Shown: positions 9,011-19,038, counted from the first letter of the stretch. The stretch: 53,959 nt of DNA from an uncultured Luteolibacter sp. (GCA_966211015.1 CBIHMP010000001.1:1-53959); one strand, 5' to 3'. Numbers and translations: made by a program. Notes: generated by a model from the sequence alone, not told the origin.

Positions 9011-10159
9011 TCAGTTCCTGAGGTTCTTTACAATTGGCTGGGAGATGGCCTGAAAGGCCGGCCACAGCGAGGCCACGATCCCGAGAGCCAGCGCTCCTAG
9101 AATGCCTGTCAAAATGACGGAGGCGTCCGGTTGAATGGCGAGCGTCTGGCCTTCGTTGCCCATGGTGAAACTCTGCCAGCGGAGAAACGCGGCGGACACG
9201 CCGACGCCCGCGATGCCGCCGAGCAGGCCGAGCATCCCGCCCTCGCCGACGACCAGGCACCCGATGGCGCGGCCCGGATAGCCGAGCGTGCGCAGCACCG
9301 CATTTTCCCTCACCCGCCCGCGGACTACCAGCAGCAGGGCATTTGCGACCAGCGCGGTCACCGCGAGCACGGCCCCGAAGCCAAGCCAGCGGGTGAAGCC
9401 GATGATCTGGATGAGTTCCGACGCCGTTTCCGCGAAGAACGCTTTCTCCGGCCTCGTGTCCGTGGGTTGCTGGTCGGAGTGGAAGCGCTCGTCGATCGCC
9501 CTTGCGACCGGTGCCAGATCCTTCGAGGAGTTCACCCGCACGTTGAATTGCGTCACCACGCCCAGCCCGGCCTTCGAGGCCTGCTGGAGGAAGGGGAGCT
9601 TCACGTAGGCGACGTTGTTGTCCTGGACGAAAGGCGAACGCAGGATGCCAGCGACGGTAACGGTCACGCCCGCGCCGTCGAAGCGGTCGCCCGGCTTGAG
9701 GCCGCGGCGACGCGCGAAGACTTCCCCCAGCAGGGCTCCGTCGCCCTGTTTCATCCAGTCGGACATGCTGCCCTCGATGACCTGGATCTCCGGCGCGAAC
9801 TTGGCGAGCTGGTCGTCCGGGACGCCGCGGAAGGTGATGACGTCGAGCGAGGCCCCGCAGTTGTTCACCACGATCTGCACCGGGATCACCTCGCGCACGC
9901 CTTCGATCCGCCGGATCTCATCGGCATAGTGCTCGGGCAGGCGGCTGGCCGAGGGGCAGAAGCGGTTCTGGCGATAGACCACCAGCGTGGTATCCGTGGC
10001 GGTCTCCTCCGTGGCTTTCGCGAGCGAGCGCTGGAGGGTTTCCACGGCGGTAAAAAGGAACATCCCGGAGGCGACTCCCAGCACCGTGAGGAGCGACCTG
10101 ACCCGGTGCCGGACGAGCTGGGTCCACGAGAGACGCAGTAGCTTGAGCAGCCGGTTCAT
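9011..10159 (-). CDS. ABC transporter permease (FtsX/MacB family)
   Basis: RHRVRSLLTVLGV, RVRENAVLRTLGY, ASLWPA. Confidence 0.9.
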   Translation of the reverse strand: MNRLLKLLRLSWTQLVRHRVRSLLTVLGVASGMFLFTAVETLQRSLAKATEETATDTTLVVYRQNRFCPSASRLPEHYADEIRRIEGVREVIPVQIVVNNCGASLDVITFRGVPDDQLAKFAPEIQVIEGSMSDWMKQGDGALLGEVFARRRGLKPGDRFDGAGVTVTVAGILRSPFVQDNNVAYVKLPFLQQASKAGLGVVTQFNVRVNSSKDLAPVARAIDERFHSDQQPTDTRPEKAFFAETASELIQIIGFTRWLGFGAVLAVTALVANALLLVVRGRVRENAVLRTLGYPGRAIGCLVVGEGGMLGLLGGIAGVGVSAAFLRWQSFTMGNEGQTLAIQPDASVILTGILGALALGIVASLWPAFQAISQPIVKNLRN

Positions 10160-10836
10160 GACGGAAGCAGTTGACCTTTTTCGAGGTGAAGCGTCCGGTC
10201 GGCCGCGGCCGCGGCGCGCGGATCATGGGTGACCATCACGATGGTTTTTCCGTGCGTCCGCGAGAGCTGCTGGAGCAAATCCAGGATCTTCACCGCCGAA
10301 TCACGGTCCAGATCACCGGTCGGTTCGTCGGCGACGAGCAAGGCGGGGTTCGCGACAAGTGCCCGCGCGATCGCGACACGCTGCTCCTGGCCGCCCGAAA
10401 GCTCGGATGGCGTATGATGCATCCGGTCCCCAAGCCCCACGAGAGCGAGCGCCGACTCCACCCGGCCGTGCCGTTCCTTCTTCGACATCGACGAGAGCAG
10501 CAGCGGCAGCTCGACGTTTTCAAACGCCGTGAGAACCGGCACCAGGTGGTAGAGCTGGAAAATGTATCCCACGTTCGCGGCTCGCCATTTCGTGAGCTGG
10601 CGGCGGGAGAGCTTCGCGAGTTCCTCGCCCGCGATTACCAGCGAGCCTTCGGAGGGCGAATCGATGCCGGAGAGCAGATTCAGCAGCGTCGTCTTCCCGG
10701 AGCCGGAGGGGCCCATCAACGCGAGGAATTCTCCCCGTGCCACATCCAGATCGAGCTTTTCCAGAGGCGTCACGACCGTGCTCCCCTTGCGGTAGCTCTT
10801 CGAGACTCCGCGGCATTGGATCATCGGTTCATTCAT
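10156..10836 (-). CDS. ABC transporter ATP-binding protein (LolD/MacB-like)
   Basis: GPSGSGKT, LSGGQEQRVAIARAL, ADEPTGDLD, VTHD. Confidence 0.95.
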   Translation of the reverse strand: MNEPMIQCRGVSKSYRKGSTVVTPLEKLDLDVARGEFLALMGPSGSGKTTLLNLLSGIDSPSEGSLVIAGEELAKLSRRQLTKWRAANVGYIFQLYHLVPVLTAFENVELPLLLSSMSKKERHGRVESALALVGLGDRMHHTPSELSGGQEQRVAIARALVANPALLVADEPTGDLDRDSAVKILDLLQQLSRTHGKTIVMVTHDPRAAAAADRTLHLEKGQLLPS

Positions 10837-12194
10837 GGCTTCATCCGTGAGGGGTTGACTCGCTGGCCCTCTTTCAGGCCTTCGGGTGAGAGCACCACCT
10901 GTTCCCCCGGTCGCAGGCCTTCCGCGATGCGGACCCTGCCGTCCCGGGTTTCATCGCTAGCCCGGATCGCCCTCTTCGCGATCCGCTTTGATTCGGGATC
11001 GACTACCCATGCAAAGCCATCGGCCACGGCTTCTTGCGGAATCCACGTCGCGAGAGTTCCGTGGGCCGTTGCCGTTGCCCCGCCACCGAGAAACTCGACA
11101 CGGCAAAGCATCTCCGGGCGCAATTGATCCACCGGATCCAGGATCCGGACCTTTGCCTGAAGGGTATTGCGCTGCAGATCGGCCTCTCCGGTGATGCGGG
11201 AAACTTCCCCTGTGAAAACCTTATCGGGCAAAAGGCTGCAACGGATCTTCGCCTTCTGCCCCGTGCCCAGCTTTGCCGCGTCGGCCAGCGGGACATCCAC
11301 GCGTACCTGAAGCTTCGCGGGATCGTAGAGGATTGCGATGGTCGAGCTGTCCGGGTCCTCCATCAGCAGCATCTTTTTCTGGCCCGGTGCCGCCGCGAGC
11401 CGGAGCACGCGTCCGCTGATGGGAGCGGGGATCCGCGTGCGCTCGAGCGCCAGCTTAGCTTGGCGGACCGCCACCTCCGCGGTGGCGATGCCGTCCTGGC
11501 GCGCCTTTGTTTCCAGACGCACGCGCGCGATTTCCGCCTCCAGTTCGGAGGCTTCCGCCTGGGCGGAAAGGTGGAGCGAGCGCTCGCGCTCGTAGCGCAG
11601 CCGGGCCGAAACGATATCCGAGGCCGAGACAGCGGTCTTCAGGTTCTTAATGCGGGAGTAACGATCCTCCGCTTCCTCCTCCGAGGTCTTCGCGGCGGTG
11701 ATGCGGGTGGCAGCTCCTTCCAGTTTCCTTTTGAGCGTCTCCACGGAGGCTTGATGGGCATCGCATTCGGAGATAAGGGCCGCGTGGGTCCGCTCGGCGG
11801 ACGCAAGGGCCAGTTCCGCATCGGTGTCGATCAAAGTGGCCAGGATTTCTCCTTTCTCGACCGATTGGCCCTCCAGGACGTGCACTTGATCGACCACGCC
11901 GTCGATCAGGGCCGTGGCCTTGACCGGCAGCGGATCCGGCTCGATCCAGCCGCTCGCTTGGAAGAGCATTTCTCCGGCCGGTGCGGTCGCGGAGCCGTCC
12001 TCCGTTTCGCCGGCAGTGGCCAGGACCACGGCGGTTTGCACGTCGGTCGCCGGCAGCAGGCGGTCACGGAAGAGAGCGAGGAAGAGGACGGCGAAGCCCG
12101 CGCCGATGGTTAGCGGTATCAGCCAGGCGGGCATTCGGCGGACCGGAGCCGTGGTCGGCGCAGGGCGTGCCAGGGAATCAAGGGAAGGGTTCAT
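10833..12194 (-). CDS. Efflux periplasmic adaptor (HlyD/MacA-type)
   Basis: N-terminal TM, ASGWIEP, lipoyl half-motifs (GQSVEKGEILA, IPAPISGRV), long coiled coil, GLRPGEQVV; start 12194 or 12224. Confidence 0.9.
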   Translation of the reverse strand: MNPSLDSLARPAPTTAPVRRMPAWLIPLTIGAGFAVLFLALFRDRLLPATDVQTAVVLATAGETEDGSATAPAGEMLFQASGWIEPDPLPVKATALIDGVVDQVHVLEGQSVEKGEILATLIDTDAELALASAERTHAALISECDAHQASVETLKRKLEGAATRITAAKTSEEEAEDRYSRIKNLKTAVSASDIVSARLRYERERSLHLSAQAEASELEAEIARVRLETKARQDGIATAEVAVRQAKLALERTRIPAPISGRVLRLAAAPGQKKMLLMEDPDSSTIAILYDPAKLQVRVDVPLADAAKLGTGQKAKIRCSLLPDKVFTGEVSRITGEADLQRNTLQAKVRILDPVDQLRPEMLCRVEFLGGGATATAHGTLATWIPQEAVADGFAWVVDPESKRIAKRAIRASDETRDGRVRIAEGLRPGEQVVLSPEGLKEGQRVNPSRMKP

Positions 12195-12261
12195 CAAGGG
12201 AATCGGAGAAACTGTAACCTGCAAAACGAGCAGGATTTAGCCGCGCGGATGCACGGCCTCG

Positions 12262-12283
12262 GACGGCGGAAAAAGCCGCCGTC
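12262..12283 (-). promoter_or_regulatory. Hairpin immediately 3' of the putative leader ORF stop
   Basis: GACGGCGG-CTTTTT-CCGCCGTC, a perfect 8-bp stem 1 nt after the TAA; no U-tract on the coding strand. Confidence 0.55.
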
Positions 12284-12284
12284 T

Positions 12285-12689
12285 TTACAGTCTCCAGATT
12301 CCGAGCACCGCTCTGCGGGCGGCGGGAGTATCGGGACCCCGGATCGGGGCGGATACCTCGTAGGCGGATTCAAATACCGCCTTATAGATCGGGGCGCTGA
12401 ACATCGGCTCCGGCAGATCCATCACGATCGCCGGTGGCACTCCGTCCGGCGTGCCCGGTACGACCGCGTCCGGCAGCTCGTCGATGTCGAGGCAGCACGG
12501 GCTCTCCCGGTGCTCCTCGTTGCCGCATTCGGGGCAACACCCCGGCTTCTCCGGTGTCTGGTCGCGGCATTCGGAAATGCCGGGAATATGCACCTGGTGA
12601 TCGAGCAGACAGAAGCGCACGGGCGAGCCCGCCAGCGGGATAATGATCCCGAGGCAGGCCAGTAAAAAGACTGCAATCGCCCGTCGCAT
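12285..12689 (-). CDS. Small Cys-rich exported protein; putative metal-sensing leader peptide (DUF2946-like architecture)
   Basis: Signal-like N-terminus, CCPEC and CC motifs, Pro-rich tail with IRGPD. Confidence 0.65.
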   Translation of the reverse strand: MRRAIAVFLLACLGIIIPLAGSPVRFCLLDHQVHIPGISECRDQTPEKPGCCPECGNEEHRESPCCLDIDELPDAVVPGTPDGVPPAIVMDLPEPMFSAPIYKAVFESAYEVSAPIRGPDTPAARRAVLGIWRL

Positions 12690-12771
12690 CGCGTTATCAG
12701 TTGCACCCGTAAGAGGCACGGGTCAAGGGGATATTCCCCCTCGAGAAGTGCCCCAGGGGCTCCTCCCGCGA

Positions 12772-13293
12772 TCAATGGTCGTGGCCGTGGTCGCCGTGGC
12801 TGTGATCGCAGGTGCAGGCGTACTCCTTGTGCTTGCAGGTCTCGCAATCGTTCATGTCCACGGTGAAGCGCTCGGTGACGGCTTTGGCGTCCGGGGAAGT
12901 CTTTACCTGAAGAATGATGGGGATCTTCTTGGTGTCAGGTAGCGCCTTGTCGGACAGCAGGGAGTCGCCCTCCTTCGCGAAAGCCAGCTTGGTGGGATTC
13001 GCGCGGTCTCCACCGGTGGCGGTGACCGTCTGCTCCTTCAGGGCGACCGGCTTGTTGTCCTCGCCCAGGAAGGTGATTTTCACCTTGCGCTCCGGTGTGA
13101 CGAAGAACTCGAAGTGAGGATTTACGGTGGTGAAAATGCGGCCGCCGTTCGGGCCTGCGACCTTCTTCTCGTGAGCGTGGCCGTGCCCGTGCTCTTCCTT
13201 GGATTCCTTGGAGTGGTCGTGTTTTTCATCGGCGAAGGCGAGCGGGGCTCCGAAGAGGGCGAGCAGGATCAACAATTTCGGTTTCATGGTCAT
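12772..13293 (-). CDS. His-rich periplasmic protein (putative metal chaperone)
   Basis: Signal peptide, HDH..HGHGHAH, AGPNGGR, C-terminal CETC..EYACTCDHSHGDHGHDH. Confidence 0.8.
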   Translation of the reverse strand: MTMKPKLLILLALFGAPLAFADEKHDHSKESKEEHGHGHAHEKKVAGPNGGRIFTTVNPHFEFFVTPERKVKITFLGEDNKPVALKEQTVTATGGDRANPTKLAFAKEGDSLLSDKALPDTKKIPIILQVKTSPDAKAVTERFTVDMNDCETCKHKEYACTCDHSHGDHGHDH

Positions 13294-13344
13294 ATCAGGT
13301 TATCGGTTTTGCTTTTGTTGGAACGGGAAAGGGACCGGGTTTAT

Positions 13345-16300
13345 TCAGTGGGTTGCCGGAGCTTCGAGCTCGATCGCCTTCAGGGCGGCCTTCCGCCCGA
13401 AGAGCCGGAAGACGGCGGGCGTGATGGCGAAGTCGAGCAACGTGGAGGTGATCAGCCCACCCACGATGCAGACCGCGACGGGGCCGAGGATTTCCTTCCC
13501 CGGCTCCCCGGTGGCCATGACGAAGGGAATCAACGCGATGCCGGCGGAAAGCGCGGTCATCGTCACGGGAACCAGGCGTTCCAAGGTGCCGCGCTCGATC
13601 ATGCGGTCGGTGAAGGATTCCCCTTCATGTTTCATCAGATGGAGGTAGTGGGAGATCATCATGATTCCGTTCCGGGCAGCTACCCCGCCTACCGCGATGA
13701 AGCCGACCAGCGTGGCGATGCTGATATTGCCGACCACCAACCAAGTGAGCACGAGACTCCCCATCAGGGCGAGCGGCAGGTTCAGGAGCACCTGAAAGGC
13801 GAGAATGATGCTCTTGAAGTACGACCAGAGCAACAGGACGATGATGCCGAGGATGACGCTGAAGAGCAGCGCGATCCGCTTCGCCGCGGCTTGCTCCGCC
13901 CTAAACTCGCCTTCATAGCTGATATAGACTCCCTCCGGCCGCTCGATTTCCGCCGCCACCTTTTCCTGAAGCTGCCGCACGAGTTCGCCAGCGTTTCGCC
14001 GGGTTGGCTTGATGGAGACGACGTAGCGCCGCTGGGTGTTCTCCCGATAAACGGCGCTGGGGCCTCGCGCCTCGCGGACGTCTGCGACGAGCCGGAGAGG
14101 CACCGTGATGCCGCTCTTCGTCTGGACCGGCAGGCTGCCGATCATCTCCGGATCGCTCCGCCAGTCGAGCGGCAGGCGGATGGAGAGGTCGATGGTCCGT
14201 TGATTCTCCCGCAGTTGGGCCACCGACTCGCCGCCGAGCAGCATCGAAAGGGCATCGTTTAGATCTCCCGGAGCGACCCCGTGAGCCAAGGCACGGTCGC
14301 GGTCCACCTCGATACGCAGTTGGGGAATCGGCGCCTGCTGGTCGAGCTTCGCGTCCTCCAGACCGGGAATCGTCTTAGCGATCGCTTGGATCCGGTTGCC
14401 GATCTTCGTGATCGTATCGAGATCGGAGCCGAAAACCTTCACGGCCACCGGGGCCGTGACTCCGCTGAGCAGGTGGCTGATGCGGTGCGAGAGCGGCCCG
14501 GAAAGCACGCTGAAGGAGCCCGGCACCGTCCGCACCCGTTGGCGGATATCTTCCAGGATCTCCTCGTTGCTGCGATTGCTCGCGCCTTTTTTGAAGTCGA
14601 TGTCGAACTCCGCATTCGAGACGGGCACGATGTGATCGCTGCGCTCCGCCCGGCCGATGCGGCGGCCAATGTGATTGACCTCCGGCACCAGCCGGATCTG
14701 GTCTTCGATGGCGGCGGCGAGGTGCTCCATTTCTGCCAGGGAGGTGCCGGGAGCGGCACCCGTGGTGACGATCACGGTTTCTTCGTGGAAGGCCGGCAGG
14801 AAGTCCTTGCTCATCGCCGGGTAGAGCATGAGCGCGGCCGCCAACATCAGCGACACGGCCGCGAGGACGATCACCGGTTGCCGCAGGCTGATCCGCAGGA
14901 GAGTGCGCTTGAGCAGGAATTTCAGCCCGCGCACCAAGCGCCCGTCTTCATGCTCGCCCTCCTTGCTGCGGACCTTCAAGAGCAGCGAGCAGAGGACCGG
15001 GATCGCCGTGAGAGAGACGATGAAGGAAGCGATCATGCTGACGATGGTGGCAATCGCGATGGGGCCGAAGAGCCGCCCCTCCACGCCTGCAAGACCGAGC
15101 AGGGGAACGAACACCAGCACGATCAGCACCGTGGCATAGAGGATGGAATTACGGACCTCTCCCGACGCTTTGGCGATCACTTCCAGCCTCGGCTTGGGCT
15201 GCGGAAGACGGGCGTTTTCCTTCAGTCTCCGGAAGACGTTCTCCACGTCCACGATGGCGTCGTCCACCACCATGCCGATGGCAACGGCCAAGCCACCCAG
15301 GGTCATGCTGTTCACGCTCAGGTCGAACCACTTGAAGCTGATCAGCGTGATGGCGAAGCTCAGGGGCATCGCCATCAGGGTGATGAAGGTGGTGCGGAAA
15401 TTCAGGAGGAACAGGAAGAGGACGAGCGTGACCATGATGGCCCCGTCGCGGATGGCTTCGGCGAGGTTGCCGATGGCGCGGTCGATAAAATCACGCTGGC
15501 GGAAGAGGATCGTGGCTTCCACGCCGGCGGGGAGGGAGGGTTTCAACTCCTCCACCGCCTTCTCGATCCGATCGGTGAGATCCACGGTATCGAAGCCCGG
15601 AGCCTTCGTGACGCTGATGATGACGCCGGGGCTGCCGTTGACACTGGCATCTCCCCGCTTCGGCTCGGTCCCCCATTCGACCTTGGCCACGTCGCCGATC
15701 GAGATCGGGCGATCCCGGACGACCTTGACGACGGTGCGCGCGATGTCTTCCAATTGCACGGTCATCGCCAGATTCCGCACCATGATCTCCTGCGAGCCGT
15801 GATCGATGAAGCCGCCGGTGGAGTTGCTGGCGGCGGCCTTCGTGGCATCCCGGAGTTCCTCCAGGGAAACACCATTGGCCTGCATGCGCCACGGGTCCGG
15901 CTGAACCTGCGCCTGCTTCACCCCGCCGCCCATATTGAGCACTTCGGCCACCCCGGGGATCGACTGAATGCGGCGGCGGACGGTCCAGTCGGCGAGCGAC
16001 CGGACATCCATCGGCGCAACCTTTCCATCCGTACTGTGAACGCCGATCAGCAGGATCTCCCCCATCAGCGAGGCGACGGGGGTGAGATACGGCTGGGTGC
16101 CTTCGGGAAGGAACTCCCGCGCCCCTTGGAGCCTCTCCTGCACGAATTGGCGTGCCTGGTAGATATCCGTGCCCCATTCGAACTCGGCGAATACCAGCGA
16201 TAGCGCGATGTCGGATGTGGTGCGGAGCCGGTTCAGTCCCGGCACGCCCATCAGCGAGTTTTCCACCGGCTGGGTGATCAGGGTTTCCACTTCCTCCGGA

Positions 16301-16470
16301 GCGAGGCCGGGGGCTTCGATGAGGATCGTGACAGTCGGCTTGGTGAGGTCCGGAAGAACCTCCACCGGCAGTTCCTGGGATGACTTGAATCCCAGGACCA
16401 GCACCAGAACGGCCAGTCCCAGAATGATGGCGCGATTGCCGAGCGACCACCGGATAAGCGTGTTAAGCAT
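13345..16470 (-). CDS. Heavy-metal efflux RND permease (CusA/CzcA family)
   Basis: 1041 aa; LPVEVLPDL, APEEVE, NSMTLGGLAVAIGMVVDDAIVDVEN, RNGIMM, ERLVPVTMTA. Confidence 0.93.
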   Translation of the reverse strand: MLNTLIRWSLGNRAIILGLAVLVLVLGFKSSQELPVEVLPDLTKPTVTILIEAPGLAPEEVETLITQPVENSLMGVPGLNRLRTTSDIALSLVFAEFEWGTDIYQARQFVQERLQGAREFLPEGTQPYLTPVASLMGEILLIGVHSTDGKVAPMDVRSLADWTVRRRIQSIPGVAEVLNMGGGVKQAQVQPDPWRMQANGVSLEELRDATKAAASNSTGGFIDHGSQEIMVRNLAMTVQLEDIARTVVKVVRDRPISIGDVAKVEWGTEPKRGDASVNGSPGVIISVTKAPGFDTVDLTDRIEKAVEELKPSLPAGVEATILFRQRDFIDRAIGNLAEAIRDGAIMVTLVLFLFLLNFRTTFITLMAMPLSFAITLISFKWFDLSVNSMTLGGLAVAIGMVVDDAIVDVENVFRRLKENARLPQPKPRLEVIAKASGEVRNSILYATVLIVLVFVPLLGLAGVEGRLFGPIAIATIVSMIASFIVSLTAIPVLCSLLLKVRSKEGEHEDGRLVRGLKFLLKRTLLRISLRQPVIVLAAVSLMLAAALMLYPAMSKDFLPAFHEETVIVTTGAAPGTSLAEMEHLAAAIEDQIRLVPEVNHIGRRIGRAERSDHIVPVSNAEFDIDFKKGASNRSNEEILEDIRQRVRTVPGSFSVLSGPLSHRISHLLSGVTAPVAVKVFGSDLDTITKIGNRIQAIAKTIPGLEDAKLDQQAPIPQLRIEVDRDRALAHGVAPGDLNDALSMLLGGESVAQLRENQRTIDLSIRLPLDWRSDPEMIGSLPVQTKSGITVPLRLVADVREARGPSAVYRENTQRRYVVSIKPTRRNAGELVRQLQEKVAAEIERPEGVYISYEGEFRAEQAAAKRIALLFSVILGIIVLLLWSYFKSIILAFQVLLNLPLALMGSLVLTWLVVGNISIATLVGFIAVGGVAARNGIMMISHYLHLMKHEGESFTDRMIERGTLERLVPVTMTALSAGIALIPFVMATGEPGKEILGPVAVCIVGGLITSTLLDFAITPAVFRLFGRKAALKAIELEAPATH

Positions 16471-16474
16471 GGGA

Positions 16475-17644
16475 TCAGGTGGGGTCGGTGGTTTCCCTTG
16501 CAGCTTGCCGTTTGGTCAGGGAGCTGACCGCCAGCAGCACCGCGAGGATGGCGGTGGCGGCCATGAAAAAGCGCTCGCGCCATGCGGGGGCGGCTTTCGC
16601 CTCGTCGTGACCGTGGCCTTCCCCGGAAGGTGTTCCGGCAGCCTTCTGCTCGGGAGTCTTCTCGGATCCGTCTTCATTGTGCTCGTGGCCGTGGGCCGCA
16701 TCGAGCGCCTCCTTCAGCGAGATCCCTCCGCCTCCGCCGGCAAAGCCGAGGGAATAGGAGCCGCGGGTGACCACTTCATCACCGGGAAAAAGCCCGCCGA
16801 GGATTTCCACCTTGTCCCCGCTGGTCTTGCCCGTCCGGACCGGGGTGCGCACGAAGGCATTCTTCAGGTCGAAATCCCTGATGAAGACGTGGCGGCTGGC
16901 TGGATCGCCCTGCAGGGACTCGCGCGGCACGCTGAGGACGTTCTCCCGTTGCGAGAGCACGATCTCGAATTCCGTCCGCATGCCCGGCCGCAGCCGCAGG
17001 TCTTGGTTCGGCACGGTAAAGATGGCATCGATGGTCCCGCTTTCCCGGTCGGCGGAGGTGCCGAAGCGGAGCAAGCCCCCCTCCAACACCTCGTCTCCGA
17101 ATGCCGCCACGCGGATACGCGCCTTGCTGCCGGGTTTCAATTTTCCCGCCTCGTGTTCGGGGACACGCGCCACCGCCCACACCTCGCTGAGGTCGGAAAT
17201 GTCGAGCAGCTCCTTTTCCGGCTCCACCGGCTCGCCGACGTGGACGTGGGATTCCACGATCACGCCGTCGATGGGAGACTTCAGTTCGATCACCGGCGGC
17301 GGGTCCCCCGGCTGCCGGCTTTCGACCCGGACCAAGGTCTTGCCCGCCTCCACGATGTCTCCGGGATAGGCTTCGATGTTCGCGATGCGGCCGGAGATGC
17401 GGCTGCTCAGCACCGCGTGGCGGCTGGGGACTTCCTCAATGCGCCCGAGGGCGAAGACCGTCTCCTCGAAGCCGGACTCGGCCACGTCCACCGTCTCGAT
17501 GCCGAGGTTCTTCACCCCGGTCTCGTCGAGGACGATCGTATTCGCGGCGCGTACCGGATCGATGGCGTCTTGCCCGCGGAGGGGCAGGAGGAATAGACAG
17601 GCGAGCGAGGAAGCCCGCAGGAAATTGCTTTGAAATGAGAACAT
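16475..17644 (-). CDS. RND periplasmic adaptor (CzcB-like) with His-rich C-terminal extension and C-terminal TM
   Basis: SRISGRI, KSPIDGVI, LRPGM, GLFPGDEVV, then HGHEH..HGHD and a hydrophobic tail; ATG at 17644. Confidence 0.85.
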   Translation of the reverse strand: MFSFQSNFLRASSLACLFLLPLRGQDAIDPVRAANTIVLDETGVKNLGIETVDVAESGFEETVFALGRIEEVPSRHAVLSSRISGRIANIEAYPGDIVEAGKTLVRVESRQPGDPPPVIELKSPIDGVIVESHVHVGEPVEPEKELLDISDLSEVWAVARVPEHEAGKLKPGSKARIRVAAFGDEVLEGGLLRFGTSADRESGTIDAIFTVPNQDLRLRPGMRTEFEIVLSQRENVLSVPRESLQGDPASRHVFIRDFDLKNAFVRTPVRTGKTSGDKVEILGGLFPGDEVVTRGSYSLGFAGGGGGISLKEALDAAHGHEHNEDGSEKTPEQKAAGTPSGEGHGHDEAKAAPAWRERFFMAATAILAVLLAVSSLTKRQAARETTDPT

Positions 17645-17655
17645 GGGAAAGGGAG

Positions 17656-18873
17656 TCAGGGGTTGCCGGTTGCGGCCTCGTAGCGGACGCGGGCGAGGTG
17701 GAATTCGCGCAGGGCATCGAGCCGTGCCGCACGCAGTTCGAGCGACTGCTCGCGGGCCCGGAGCACGGCTTGTAGCTCGCCTTGGCCATCGCGCCACGCC
17801 GTCTCCGTCCGGGCGGTCTGCTCGGTGGCGAGCGGGAGCAGCTTGCCGTCGAGCTCGCCGATCATCGCCGCCCACTGCTCCATTTCGGCACGGGCTGTCG
17901 CCGCTTGATGGCGGATGTTATCGGCGAGTGCGACGGCCTCCTTGTCCTTCCGCTCGCTCCGTGCGATCGCTTCGTCGATGGCTCCTTCGTTCTTGTTCCA
18001 GAAGGGCAGGGGGAGCTTGAAGCGGATGCCTACGATCGCCTCCGTATCGAGACCCTCGGGAGCGTCTTCGCTTCGTTCCGCAGCGGCGAAAACACCCGCC
18101 TCCACGTCTTCACGGCGTTTCGATTGCTCCACCGCGATCTCGCCCCCGGCGGCTTGCGCCTCCAGCCGGGCGGCGTCCAGATCCGGGCGCCGGATCGTCT
18201 TTCCTCCGGGTGGTAGCGCCACCTCTCCGAGGGTGCCGGAGAGATGCAGGTTGGCCGCTGGCGGGAGACCCAGCAGCGGTTTCAGTTCACCGGTCGCGGC
18301 GGCTTCCTCGGCATCCAGCTTGCGGGCCTCCGTCGCCATCCGCGCCGCCTCCAGACGGGCCTGTCCGGCATCGAGAGGAGAACCCTCGCCTTTTTCCACG
18401 GCGGCGGAAATGAAGTCCGCCAGCTTGCCGGAAAGGGCCTCCTGCTCCCGCAGCAATTCTCTTCTGCTGCGGATCGCCAGCACCCGGACGAAAGCGTCCC
18501 GCGCCTCTGCGACGAGCCTTCTCTCTACATCCCGGACCTCCGCTTCCGCGGCTTCCACCGCAGCCAGCGAAACGTGCTTTTCAAGCTGCAAGCGCTTGGT
18601 CACGGGGAAGCTCTGCGAGATGCCGATCTCGATCCGCCCCTCGCGAAAGCGCGAGTCGTGTTCGAATCCGGTTTCGAGCCGGGGGTTGGAGGGCCGCCCG
18701 GCCTGCTTCATCCGCCCCAGCGCCTCGCGGATGCGGAGGCGTGCGGCGGCCAGATCGGGATTCGAGGCCCGGACCCTGCCGGGCAAAGTGGCATAGCTGA
18801 GGACTTCGGCACCCTCGGCCGAAAGCTGGAGCGGGGCGAGTAAGAGCAAACCCGCAAGGAGACGTGGAAACAT
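17656..18873 (-). CDS. TolC/CzcC family outer membrane efflux protein
   Basis: Signal peptide, NPDLAAAR, PNPRLE-like, RRPDL, LPLPFWNKNEG; ATG at 18873. Confidence 0.9.
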   Translation of the reverse strand: MFPRLLAGLLLLAPLQLSAEGAEVLSYATLPGRVRASNPDLAAARLRIREALGRMKQAGRPSNPRLETGFEHDSRFREGRIEIGISQSFPVTKRLQLEKHVSLAAVEAAEAEVRDVERRLVAEARDAFVRVLAIRSRRELLREQEALSGKLADFISAAVEKGEGSPLDAGQARLEAARMATEARKLDAEEAAATGELKPLLGLPPAANLHLSGTLGEVALPPGGKTIRRPDLDAARLEAQAAGGEIAVEQSKRREDVEAGVFAAAERSEDAPEGLDTEAIVGIRFKLPLPFWNKNEGAIDEAIARSERKDKEAVALADNIRHQAATARAEMEQWAAMIGELDGKLLPLATEQTARTETAWRDGQGELQAVLRAREQSLELRAARLDALREFHLARVRYEAATGNP

Positions 18874-19038
18874 GATCGTCGGAAAATGGAGGGCCTTCTC
18901 GCTTAGACGCGGAAGGGCCCGGATCATCGGGAAATCAGCCCGGAGGCCGGTGGATCGGGGCAACCGCCGCGAAGGGAAAAATCGCGGGGAAGACGGCGGG
19001 CCGCAAAACGGCAGGCCGGAACATCGTTCAAGCGATGC

